A stretch of 59,230 nt of DNA, taken from positions 1 to 59,230 of the forward strand of contig NZ_JAUYNP010000046.1 of NCBI RefSeq assembly GCF_030696055.1. The letters run 5' to 3'. Shown here in pieces: positions 27,126-35,843 of this stretch. Position numbers and translations under genes: made by a program. Source of the stretch: Pseudomonas sp. Lineage in GTDB: Bacteria; Pseudomonadota; Gammaproteobacteria; Pseudomonadales; Pseudomonadaceae. Position 1 is the stretch's first letter. Each line of letters begins with the position of its first letter. A model generated the notes under the pieces. It saw only the letters and a list, made by a program, of their open reading frames with translations, was not told the DNA's origin and ran no database searches.

Positions 27126-27953
27126 ATGCCTACAGCCTCTGCTTTTCTCCAGCGTTTATTGGGCGCCGCCGCCCCGGTGGCGAGCGCCGCTGCCGCCGAA
27201 TACCGGGTCGATGAGCTGGCCCAGGCCGCGCAGACCACGGTGCGCAATGTGCGCGCCTACCAGGACCAGGGCCTGCTGCCGCCCCCGCAGCGGCGTGGGC
27301 GGGTGGGCATCTACAGCGGCGAGCACCTGGCGCGGCTGCAGCTGATCGGTCAGCTGCTCGAACGCGGTTACAGCATCGCCAGCATTCGCGAGCTGTTCGA
27401 AGCCTGGGCCCAGGGCCGCGACCTGGCCCAGGTGCTGGGCCTGGAGCAGGCCATCCAGGGCCCGGAGCAGCCGGAGCAGGCGGCACGCCTGGAGTTCGCC
27501 GAGTTGCAGGCGCTCTTCGGCGAGCAGCTGGACGATCGGGTGATAGAGCGAGCCCAGGCCCTGGGCCTGCTGGAGTTCGCCGGCGACCACCTGCGCATCC
27601 CCAGTCCCAAGCTGTTCGCCGCCGGGGTCGAGCTGTACCGCGCGGGGATTCCCCTGCCGGCGCTGCTGGATGAACTGGCGGCGATTCGCGGCCATGTGCA
27701 GCAGGTGTCCACCGGCATAGTGCAGATGATAGCCCGGCAGCTGGTCAATCCGCTGCTGCACAGCTCGCTGCCCCATGCCGACGACCTGGAGCGCCTGAGC
27801 ACGCAGCTCTTGCAGTTGCGCCCGCTGGTGGAACAGGTGGTGACCGCCGAGCTGGCCCGCGGCCTGCCGGAAGCCGCCAACCGCGAGCTGAGCGAGCGGG
27901 TGCACCAGTTGCTGCAAGGCTTTCTGCGTCCATCCGGCTCAAGCCAGCAGTAG
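27126..27953 (+). CDS. MerR-family transcriptional regulator
   Basis: YRVDELAQAAQTTVRNVRAYQDQGLLPPP, GYSIASI. Confidence 0.88.
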   Translation: MPTASAFLQRLLGAAAPVASAAAAEYRVDELAQAAQTTVRNVRAYQDQGLLPPPQRRGRVGIYSGEHLARLQLIGQLLERGYSIASIRELFEAWAQGRDLAQVLGLEQAIQGPEQPEQAARLEFAELQALFGEQLDDRVIERAQALGLLEFAGDHLRIPSPKLFAAGVELYRAGIPLPALLDELAAIRGHVQQVSTGIVQMIARQLVNPLLHSSLPHADDLERLSTQLLQLRPLVEQVVTAELARGLPEAANRELSERVHQLLQGFLRPSGSSQQ

Positions 27954-29195
27954 CACAGCGGCACCCGCCAGTAGACCGCCCGCCATTACCGGCAAGGTCA
28001 GCAGCGCCAGCTGCCGGCCGCCGATCAGGGCGATCAGCACAGCCTTCGCCAGGCTGTTGCTCAGGGCGGCGAGGAAGATGCCGTGCACCGCCACCTGGGC
28101 GCTCAGGTCCGTATGGGCGCTGCGCGCCAGGGACAGGGTGATGGCGTCGACATCGGCCAGCCCGGAGAGCAGCGCCACCAGGTACACGCCCATGGCGCCG
28201 AGCCAATGCCGGGCGCCTTCGACCAGCAGCAGGATCAGCACCAGAAGCGCGGCGAAGCGCAGCGCCGGCGCCAGTTCGAAGGGGTTCTGCAGCGGTGGTT
28301 CGGCCGTCTCTGCGCTCTCGCTGCCGGCGCGGCGGTAATACAGCAGCGCGCCCGCGGCGTAGATCAGCGTGGCTCCGCCCAGTGGCCAGAACAGTGGCAT
28401 CAGCAGGTTGCGATTGACCAGGCCAACCTCCAGCAGCACCCGGGGAAACATCAGCGCCGAGGTGGCCAGCAGACCGCACGCCAGCAGCGCCTGCAGATGG
28501 CGCCCTTGGCCCAGGCGGGCGAGGGTCACCGTCATGGCGGTGGAGGAGACTATGCCGCCGAGCAGGGCGGTGATCAGCAGGCCATGGCGGGTGCCGACCA
28601 GGCGCATCGCCACATAGGCGGCGAAGCCGATGGCGGCGATCAGCACCACCATCCACCAGATGGCATAGGGGTTGAACACCAGCCAGGGGCCGTAACCCTG
28701 ATTGGGCAAGGCCGGCAGCAGCACCAGGGAGATAAACAGCAGCTTCAGCGCGCCGGACAGCTCGGCTTCGCTGAGCCGTTGCAGGGCGCCATGCAGGGAT
28801 TGCTTGAGGCTCAGCAGCAGGGCCACCGCCACCGCGCCGGCGGCGGCCAGCCCGGCATAGCCGGCCATGGCCAGGCTGCCGAGAATAAAGGAAATCAGCA
28901 GCGCCACCTCGCTGGTCAGGCCTTTGTCGCCGAGTTGCAGTAGGCCGCCGAAGTAGGAGGCCACCACCAGGGCGGCAAAGCCGGCGAAGACCACCGCCCA
29001 GGCCGCCACATCGAAATGTTCGCCGAGCAGCATGGCGAAGGCGCCGAGCAGGCTGCTCAGGGCAAAGGTGCGGATACCGGCAACCAGCTGGTTGTCTTCG
29101 CTATTGCGGCCCTGCCAGCCGCGTTCGGCGCCGATTAGCAGGCCGGCCGCCAGGGCGCTGGCGAAATTCAGCAGGGTATCCAGGGCTTCGGGCAT
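27939..29195 (-). CDS. MgtC/SapB plus DUF4010 membrane protein
   Basis: GLLIGAER, AGIRTF, GLTSE, GGIVSSTA, NPFEL, GLADVDAI. Confidence 0.85.
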   Translation of the reverse strand: MPEALDTLLNFASALAAGLLIGAERGWQGRNSEDNQLVAGIRTFALSSLLGAFAMLLGEHFDVAAWAVVFAGFAALVVASYFGGLLQLGDKGLTSEVALLISFILGSLAMAGYAGLAAAGAVAVALLLSLKQSLHGALQRLSEAELSGALKLLFISLVLLPALPNQGYGPWLVFNPYAIWWMVVLIAAIGFAAYVAMRLVGTRHGLLITALLGGIVSSTAMTVTLARLGQGRHLQALLACGLLATSALMFPRVLLEVGLVNRNLLMPLFWPLGGATLIYAAGALLYYRRAGSESAETAEPPLQNPFELAPALRFAALLVLILLLVEGARHWLGAMGVYLVALLSGLADVDAITLSLARSAHTDLSAQVAVHGIFLAALSNSLAKAVLIALIGGRQLALLTLPVMAGGLLAGAAVLLLA

Positions 29196-29277
29196 GGCAC
29201 GGCCTTGAGGTGACAGATGCTGGCAGTCTAGCCATTGGCTTGGCTCGGGTATTGCGCGAGATCAGTGATGGCGTCTG

Positions 29278-29426
29278 CTGGAAAAGCCTACGGCGTTTTC
29301 CACCCTACCCATCGGATGCGGCGTAGGTTGGTGCTGAGCGCAGCGAAGCCCAACACTGGGCTACAAGGCTGTAGGGCGGGTGCAACCCGCCAATGCCAAA
29401 ACAGTGGCGGGTTGCACCCGCCCTAC
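29278..29426. repeat. Cluster of GTAG-type REPs from three sequence families
   Basis: GGAAAAGCC..GGCGTTTTCCACCCTAC; GTAGGTTGGTGCTGAGC..GCGAAGCCCAAC; inverted pair GTAGGGCGGGTGCAACCCGCCA / TGGCGGGTTGCACCCGCCCTAC. Confidence 0.85.
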
Positions 29427-29446
29427 GGGATGAATCAGGCCAAGGC

Positions 29447-32400
29447 TTAGCGCAGGCTTAGATGGCGATTGAGCAACGCGCGCAAAGCCGCCGGCTTGAC
29501 CGGTTTGGCCAGGTAGTCGAGGCCGGCGGCGTGCACCTGGGCGATCAGCTCGGGGCGGCCGTCGGCGCTGATCACCACGCCGGGCAGCGGCTCGCCCAGG
29601 CGGGTGCGCAGCCAGGCCATCAGCTCGGTGCCGGTGTCGCCTTCGTCGAGGTGGTAATCCACCAGCGCCAGCTGCGGGCGCAGGTTCTCGCTCAGCAGGT
29701 GCTCGCATTCCAGGCGGTTGCGCGCGGTCCACACCTGGCAACCCCAGCGCGACAGCAGGCTGTGCATGCCGGTGAGGATGCTGTCTTCGTTGTCGACGCA
29801 CAGCACCCGGGTGCCGGCCAGGGCCTGGCCGTTATGCTCGGGTTGCGGCAGCGGGGCTGTGATCTCTGCGTGCAACGCCAAAGGCACCGTGACGCTAAAC
29901 ACGCTGCCCTGGCCCGGCCAGGAGCGCACCGCAAGCGGGTGTTCCAGCACCCGACACAGGCCGTCGGCGATCGCCAGGCCCAGGCCCAGGCCCTTCTCGG
30001 CGCGGGTCTGGTGGCTGTCCAGGCGCTTGAACTCCTCGAAAATTTCCTTTTGCTTGTCCTCGGGGATGCCCGGGCCACGGTCCCAGACCTCCAGGCGCAG
30101 TTGGCCGCCTACGCGGCGCACGCCCAGCAGCACGCGACCCTTGGCGTAGCGGAAGGCGTTGGTGAGGAAATTCTGCAGCACCCGGCGCAGCAGCTTGCTG
30201 TCGCTGTCCACCCGCAGGCGACTGCCGCGCAGGCGGAAATCCACGCCCTGTTCGGCGGCCAGCACCTTGAACTCGGCGCCCAGGGTGTCGAACAGCGTAT
30301 TCAGCACGAAGGCCGTGCGCTCCGGGGTGATGCGGCGGTTTTCCAGGCGCGAGATGTCCAGCAGATCGCCGATCAGGTCTTCCGCCGAACGCAGCGAGCT
30401 GTCCAGATGGTGCACCAGTTCGCGGGCATCGAAGGGCAGGGCCTCGTCCTGGTGCGAGAGGGCGGCGGAGAACAGCCGGGCGGCGTTCAGCGGTTGCATC
30501 AGGTCATGGCTGACGGCGGTGAGGAAGCGGGTCTTCGACTGGTTGGCGGCCTCGGCCACGCCCTTGGCTTCGCTCAGCGCCTGATTGAGCTGGGACAGCT
30601 CGAAGGTGCGCTCGGCGACCCGCTGTTCCAGGCCTTCGTTGGCGGCCTTGAGCGCCCGTTCGGCCTCGCGGAATTCGGTGATGTCGGTGAAGCTCATGAC
30701 GAAGCCGCCGCCGGGCATGGGGTTGCCGATCAGCTCGATGACCCGGCCATTGGGGAACAGGCGCTCGGAGGTGTGCGCGGTGCCCTGGCGCATCCAGTAC
30801 AGGCGCTTGTTCACATGTTCCTCGATAGCGCCGCCGCCGAGCAGGCCGCGCTGGGCGTTGAAGCGGATCAGCTCGGCCACCGGCCGGCCGACATAGACCT
30901 GGCCTTCCGGGTAGTCGAACAGTTCGATATAGCGCTGGTTCCAGGCCACCAGATGCAGCGACTGGTCGACCACGCTGATGCCCTGGGTGATGTTCTCGAT
31001 CGCCCCCTGCAGCAGGGCGCGGTTGAACTGCAGCACCTCGCTGGCTTCGTCGACTATGCGCACCACGTCCTCGACCTGCATCTCGCGGCCTTCGATGGCC
31101 GCCTTGACTACGGCGCGGGTGCTGGATGCCCCCAATACGCCGGCCAGCAGGCGTTCGGTATGGGCGATCCATTCGCTGGTGGCGCTCTGGCTGGGATCGA
31201 AACCTTTGCCCTGGCGCTGGGCGAAGCGCATAAAGCTCTGCTGCGCGCGGTCCTCGCCGACGAAGCGGCTGGCCAGCGTCAGCAGGTCGTCCACCCGCAC
31301 CGCCAGCAGGCTGCGACTGCTGGGCTTGGCGCCGAAGTCATGGCCGATAAAGCGCCCGGCCTGCCAGTGTTCGGCGACCCGGGTGCGGGAGAAATACGAG
31401 ACCCAGGCAAACAGCAGGAAGTTGCCGGCCAGCGACAGCACCATGCCGCGGGTCAGGGCATCCACCTGAAAGCCAATGGGCCCGTACAGCAGGCTGGGCA
31501 GCCCGGGGAAGATCTCCAGCGGCCAGCCCAGGCCACGGGCCAGCAGCGGCAGCACCAGGCTGTAGAACCAGATCAGCGCACCGAACGCCAACCCGGCGAA
31601 CACCCCCTGGCGGTTGGCCTGCTTCCATACCAGAGCGCCGAACATGGCCGGCGCCAGCTGGCCGATGGCGGCGAAGGAGACCTGGCCGATGGTCGCCAGG
31701 CTCGCATTGGAGCCGAGCAGGCGGTAGCACACATAGGCCAGCAGCAGGATCAGCACTATGCTGACCCGCCGCGCCGTGAGCATCCAGTAGCGGAAGGCTT
31801 CGAACGGCCGCTCGGTGTTCTGCCGGCGCAGCAGCCAGGGCAGCAGCATGTCGTTGGAGATCATGGTCGACAGCGCCACCGAGGCGACAATCACCATGCC
31901 GGTGGCGGCCGAGGCGCCGCCGATAAAGGCCAGAAGCGCCAGCGCCGGGTGCGCCTGGGCCAGCGGCAGGCTGATCACGAAGGAGTCCGGAGTGACCCCG
32001 GCCGGCAGCAGCAGCTGCCCGGCCAGGGCGATGGGCACCACGAACAAGGCGGCCAGCACCAGGTAGACGGGAAATACCCAGCGCGCCAGGTTGAGATCCT
32101 TCGGCTCGATATTTTCCACCACTGTGACGTGGAACTGCCGCGGCAGGCAGACGATGGCGATCATCGCCAGGCCGGTCTGCATCATCAGCGCCGGCCAGTT
32201 CACCGTCTGCGCCCAGAAGCTGTCGAGGGCCGGGCTGGCCTTGGCCTGGCTGAGCAGATCGGCGAAGCCGTTGAATAGGCCGTAGGTGACGAAGGCGCCG
32301 ACGGCGAGGAAGGCCAGCAGCTTGACCAGGGATTCGAAGGCGATCGCCAGCACCATGCCGCGGTGGTGTTCGGTGGCATCCAGGTTGCGCGTGCCGAACA

Positions 32401-32923
32401 GAATGGTGAACAGCGCCAGCATCAAAGACACTATCAGCGCGGTGTCCTGGGCGCTGGTGCCGCTGGCGGCAGCGCCTTCGCCGATCAGCAGGTTGACCCC
32501 GAGCACTATGCCCTTGAGCTGCAGGGCGATATAGGGCAGCACGCCGACCAGGCAGATCAACGCCACCACCACCGCCAGCGCCTGGGATTTGCCGTAGCGC
32601 GCGGCGATAAAGTCGGCGATCGAGGTGATATTTTCCTGCTTGCTGAGCATCACCATCTTCTGCAGCACCCAGGGCGCGAACAGCAGCAAAATGATCGGCC
32701 CCAGGTAGATCGGCAGAAACGACCAGAGCTGTTCGGCGGCCTGGCCGACCGCGCCGAAGAAGGTCCAGCTGGTGCAGTACACCGCCAGCGACAGGCTATA
32801 CACCCAGGCGCGCACCCGCGGCGGCATGGGCGTGCGGCGGCGGTCGCCATAGAAGGCGATGGCGAACAGAATGGCCATATAGATCAGCGCCACCGTGGCG
32901 ATCAGCCCGCTGGACAAACTCAT
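29447..32923 (-). CDS. crbS: SLC5-PAS-histidine kinase-receiver hybrid sensor (CrbS/MxtR type)
   Basis: YSLSLAVYCTSWTFFG transporter domain, PAS, SHDLMQPL H-box, GLGLGL, C-terminal REC (VDN, VDYHL, KPV); the REC domain separates it from CbrA. Confidence 0.85.
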   Translation of the reverse strand: MSLSSGLIATVALIYMAILFAIAFYGDRRRTPMPPRVRAWVYSLSLAVYCTSWTFFGAVGQAAEQLWSFLPIYLGPIILLLFAPWVLQKMVMLSKQENITSIADFIAARYGKSQALAVVVALICLVGVLPYIALQLKGIVLGVNLLIGEGAAASGTSAQDTALIVSLMLALFTILFGTRNLDATEHHRGMVLAIAFESLVKLLAFLAVGAFVTYGLFNGFADLLSQAKASPALDSFWAQTVNWPALMMQTGLAMIAIVCLPRQFHVTVVENIEPKDLNLARWVFPVYLVLAALFVVPIALAGQLLLPAGVTPDSFVISLPLAQAHPALALLAFIGGASAATGMVIVASVALSTMISNDMLLPWLLRRQNTERPFEAFRYWMLTARRVSIVLILLLAYVCYRLLGSNASLATIGQVSFAAIGQLAPAMFGALVWKQANRQGVFAGLAFGALIWFYSLVLPLLARGLGWPLEIFPGLPSLLYGPIGFQVDALTRGMVLSLAGNFLLFAWVSYFSRTRVAEHWQAGRFIGHDFGAKPSSRSLLAVRVDDLLTLASRFVGEDRAQQSFMRFAQRQGKGFDPSQSATSEWIAHTERLLAGVLGASSTRAVVKAAIEGREMQVEDVVRIVDEASEVLQFNRALLQGAIENITQGISVVDQSLHLVAWNQRYIELFDYPEGQVYVGRPVAELIRFNAQRGLLGGGAIEEHVNKRLYWMRQGTAHTSERLFPNGRVIELIGNPMPGGGFVMSFTDITEFREAERALKAANEGLEQRVAERTFELSQLNQALSEAKGVAEAANQSKTRFLTAVSHDLMQPLNAARLFSAALSHQDEALPFDARELVHHLDSSLRSAEDLIGDLLDISRLENRRITPERTAFVLNTLFDTLGAEFKVLAAEQGVDFRLRGSRLRVDSDSKLLRRVLQNFLTNAFRYAKGRVLLGVRRVGGQLRLEVWDRGPGIPEDKQKEIFEEFKRLDSHQTRAEKGLGLGLAIADGLCRVLEHPLAVRSWPGQGSVFSVTVPLALHAEITAPLPQPEHNGQALAGTRVLCVDNEDSILTGMHSLLSRWGCQVWTARNRLECEHLLSENLRPQLALVDYHLDEGDTGTELMAWLRTRLGEPLPGVVISADGRPELIAQVHAAGLDYLAKPVKPAALRALLNRHLSLR

Positions 32924-33135
32924 GCCTACTCCAATAGCAAACTATGGGGTGCTTCCGGGGTCTTGGCCGCGATGGCCGAGCCCATGCTGCACAGTGTCGC
33001 AGTAAAGCGCCGCGTCGTCAGGCGCGACCAAGGTCGCACAGGCTTGGGGTGCTTGGGTTAAAACTCTGGTGATTGTCCGTACGGGCTTAGCCTGTTAGCG
33101 TGACGGGCCTGCGACTCTGTCCGTGGAGGGACCCT

Positions 33136-33705
33136 ATGTTCAAGCCGCAATTGATTACCCTGCAACGCGGCGCGTTGCGCATCGAACCCATGGTCGATGC
33201 CGATATTCCTGCCCTGATCAGCCTGGCCGAAGCCAATCGCCAGGAACTGACCTATATGAACGGCACCCAGCGCCTGGATTGGTATCGCCAGGGCCTGCTC
33301 GATCAGCGCGAAGGCAAGGCCTTGGCCTTCGTCATTCGCCTGGGCGAGCAACTGGTCGGCACCACGCGCTTCGGCGATTTTATGAACATTCTGCCGGCCG
33401 CCGAGATCGGCTGGACCTGGCTGGACCACAGCCAGCACGGCACCGGCCTGAACGGCATGGTGAAATACCTGATGCTCAAGCATGCCTTCGAGCACTGGCA
33501 GATGGTCCGTGTGCAGCTGAAAACCGCCGCCAGCAACCTGCGTTCGCAGCGTGCCATTGAGAAGCTCGGTGCCGTGCGTGAAGGTGTGCTGCGCAACCAC
33601 CGGCGCCTGGCCGACGGGCGCTTGGATGACAGCGTGCTCTACAGCATCACCGACCGTGACTGGCCGACCATCAAGCAGCAGCTGGAGGCGCGTTTCAGCG
33701 TTTGA
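33136..33705 (+). CDS. GNAT (RimJ/RimL-like) N-acetyltransferase
   Basis: VGTTRF, EIGWTWL, NLRSQRAIEKLGAVREG. Confidence 0.88.
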   Translation: MFKPQLITLQRGALRIEPMVDADIPALISLAEANRQELTYMNGTQRLDWYRQGLLDQREGKALAFVIRLGEQLVGTTRFGDFMNILPAAEIGWTWLDHSQHGTGLNGMVKYLMLKHAFEHWQMVRVQLKTAASNLRSQRAIEKLGAVREGVLRNHRRLADGRLDDSVLYSITDRDWPTIKQQLEARFSV

Positions 33706-34548
33706 ATGATGGGGCAGGCTGGCGTCGAGCAGACACGCTTCTGGCAATCGCGCGAGTTGGACGGTGTGGAGTTGCTGCACGCCCACTATATCGAGCAGCG
33801 CTTTTCGCCCCATGTGCATGAAGGCTTCGTCTTCGCAGTAATCGAGCAGGGGGCCCATCGTTTCCAGCATCGCGGCAGCGAGCATCTGGCGCCGGCCGGC
33901 AGCATGATATTGATCAACCCGGACGAACTGCACTCTTGCTCCAAGGCCCATGAGCAGGGCTGGCAGTACCGTGCCTTCTACCCGGAGGTGGGGCAGGTTT
34001 GCGAGGTGCTGGCTGAGTTGGAGCTGGGGCGGGGCGGCCTACCAAGCTTTGCCGACAGCGTGTTGCATGACTCGCTGCTGGGCCAGACTTTCGCCGACTT
34101 GCATCGTTTACTGGAGAGTCCGGCCAGCGCCTTGCAGCAGCAGACCGCCTGGCGCGAGGCGATTCTGTTGTTATTCCAACGCCATGGGCGTCTGCCCGCA
34201 GGCCTCGCACCTGGCCATGAACCGCAGGCGGTGGCGCTGGCCAAGGAGTTGCTTGCCAGCCAGCTGGCCGCACCGCCTTCGCTGGAACACTTGGCTGCGG
34301 CGGTGGGTTTGTCGCCCTTTCATTTCGCCCGAGTATTTCGCCGCGCCACCGGCCTGCCGCCGCACACCTGGCTGATGCAGCGCCGTCTGGAGCAGGCCCG
34401 GAGCTTGCTGAAACAGGGTTGTGCGCCGCTAAGCGTGGCCATGCAGCTGGGCTTTGCCGACCAAAGCCATCTGAGCCGCCAGTTCAAGCAGGCTTATGGG
34501 GTTGCGCCGGGGCAGTATCGCAAGGCCAGCCTGGGCTTATCCCTTTGA
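33706..34548 (+). CDS. AraC-family regulator
   Basis: HVHE cupin region; LSPFHFARVF, GFADQSHLSRQFK. Confidence 0.9.
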   Translation: MMGQAGVEQTRFWQSRELDGVELLHAHYIEQRFSPHVHEGFVFAVIEQGAHRFQHRGSEHLAPAGSMILINPDELHSCSKAHEQGWQYRAFYPEVGQVCEVLAELELGRGGLPSFADSVLHDSLLGQTFADLHRLLESPASALQQQTAWREAILLLFQRHGRLPAGLAPGHEPQAVALAKELLASQLAAPPSLEHLAAAVGLSPFHFARVFRRATGLPPHTWLMQRRLEQARSLLKQGCAPLSVAMQLGFADQSHLSRQFKQAYGVAPGQYRKASLGLSL

Positions 34549-34604
34549 GTCGCCCGGATGCAATCCGCGGAGGCGAATAGATCCCCCGGATGCATCCGGG
34601 CTAC
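34549..34604. repeat. Degenerate REP doublet
   Basis: GTCGCCCGGATGCAATCCG ... CCCGGATGCATCCGGGCTAC. Confidence 0.75.
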
Positions 34605-34683
34605 GGGCTGACGCTTCTATGCGCAAGATTGTTCAAGACTCACAGGCGGCGCTGCGGCAGGCTGTTGGCCTGGAGGAATAAGC

Positions 34684-35400
34684 ATGAGCCGCTCGCATCA
34701 CTTTCTGTATGGCTGCCGAGACAGCATCCCGATGATAGTCGGCATTCTGCCGTTCGGTCTTATCTATGGCGCGCTGGCCAGCCTGGCCGGACTCAGCCTG
34801 TGGCAGGCGCTGGGCATGTCGCTGCTGGTGTATGCCGGTTCGGCGCAATTTATCGCCATCAGCCTGCTGACCCTGGGCAGCGGCGCGGCGGTGATTCTGC
34901 TCACCACCTTTATCGTCAACCTGCGCCATGTGCTCTACAGCGCGGCCTTGCAACCCTATGTCGGCGGGCTGCCGCAACGCTGGCGCGTGCCCCTGGCCTT
35001 TGGCCTGACCGACGAGACCTTCGCCGTGGTGCAGCGCCGCTACCTGGCGCGCGGCATGGCCGAGCATGGCCAGTGGTATCACGCCGGAGTGGCCCTGGCG
35101 CTGTACCTGTCCTGGGTCTGCAGTTCGCTGGTGGGCGCAGTCTTTGGCCAGAGCGTGCCGAACCTGGCCGGCTGGGGCCTGGATTTCGCCATGCTGGCGA
35201 CCTTTATCGGCATAGTGGTGCCGGTGCTGCGCAGCTCGCCGCAAATCGCCGCGGCGCTGGTGGCGGCGGCCGTGGCGCTGCTCTGTTATGCCTGGCCGTA
35301 CAAGCTGGGGTTGATGGCGGCGGCGTTAAGCGGGATTGCCGTTGGCGTGGCGCTGGAGCGGCGTACAGTCACTGTGGCGGTCGAGGAGGGCGCGCGATGA
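34684..35400 (+). CDS. azlC: AzlC-family amino acid exporter subunit
   Basis: YAGSAQF, VNLRHVLYS, LTDETFA, GLDFA. Confidence 0.88.
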   Translation: MSRSHHFLYGCRDSIPMIVGILPFGLIYGALASLAGLSLWQALGMSLLVYAGSAQFIAISLLTLGSGAAVILLTTFIVNLRHVLYSAALQPYVGGLPQRWRVPLAFGLTDETFAVVQRRYLARGMAEHGQWYHAGVALALYLSWVCSSLVGAVFGQSVPNLAGWGLDFAMLATFIGIVVPVLRSSPQIAAALVAAAVALLCYAWPYKLGLMAAALSGIAVGVALERRTVTVAVEEGAR

Positions 35401-35726
35401 ATACCTGGCTGCTGATTCTCGGCATGGCACTGATCACCTTCCTGATCCGCTACAGCCTGTTCGCCTTGCCCGACCTGCGCTTCCCCCCGCTGGTGCGCCA
35501 GGGCCTGCATTACGTGCCCACGGCGGTGCTGACCGCCATAGTAGTGCCGGGCATGTTGATCCCCGATGGCCAGCACTGGGCCTTGACTATGCAAAATGCC
35601 TATCTGCTGGCCGGGCTGGCGACCATAGCCATAGCCGCGCTGACCCGCCATTTGCTGGCGACCATTGGCGGCGGCTTGCTGGTGTTCTTTGTGCTTCGTT
35701 GGTGGCTGGGCCAGTTGCCCCTGTAA
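35397..35726 (+). CDS. azlD: AzlD-family subunit
   Basis: ATGA overlap with azlC; GMALITFLIRY, LHYVPTAVLTAIV. Confidence 0.85.
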   Translation: MNTWLLILGMALITFLIRYSLFALPDLRFPPLVRQGLHYVPTAVLTAIVVPGMLIPDGQHWALTMQNAYLLAGLATIAIAALTRHLLATIGGGLLVFFVLRWWLGQLPL

Positions 35727-35843
35727 CGGCGCTGTTTTTGCTGAAAATGCGCGAAAAGGCCAGCTTTGCTGTGGCTTTGGGTGGCCGTCTTGCAGTCAAA
35801 TGCTGGACGACCAGTTCGGCCACAGCACACAGGTACACGGACG

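Noticed and set aside
23219-29426. Short repeated palindromes as a CRISPR array
   Set aside because: They are inverted GTAG-type REPs without regular spacers, and there are no cas genes.
29462-32278. 938-aa plus-strand ORF, and similar long ORFs opposite real genes (e.g. 8873-10750, 2774-4459, 47865-49364)
   Set aside because: Antisense shadows of well-supported genes in GC-rich DNA; no recognisable motifs.
29447-32923. Transporter-kinase fusion as a novel system
   Set aside because: The architecture matches the described CrbS/MxtR family.
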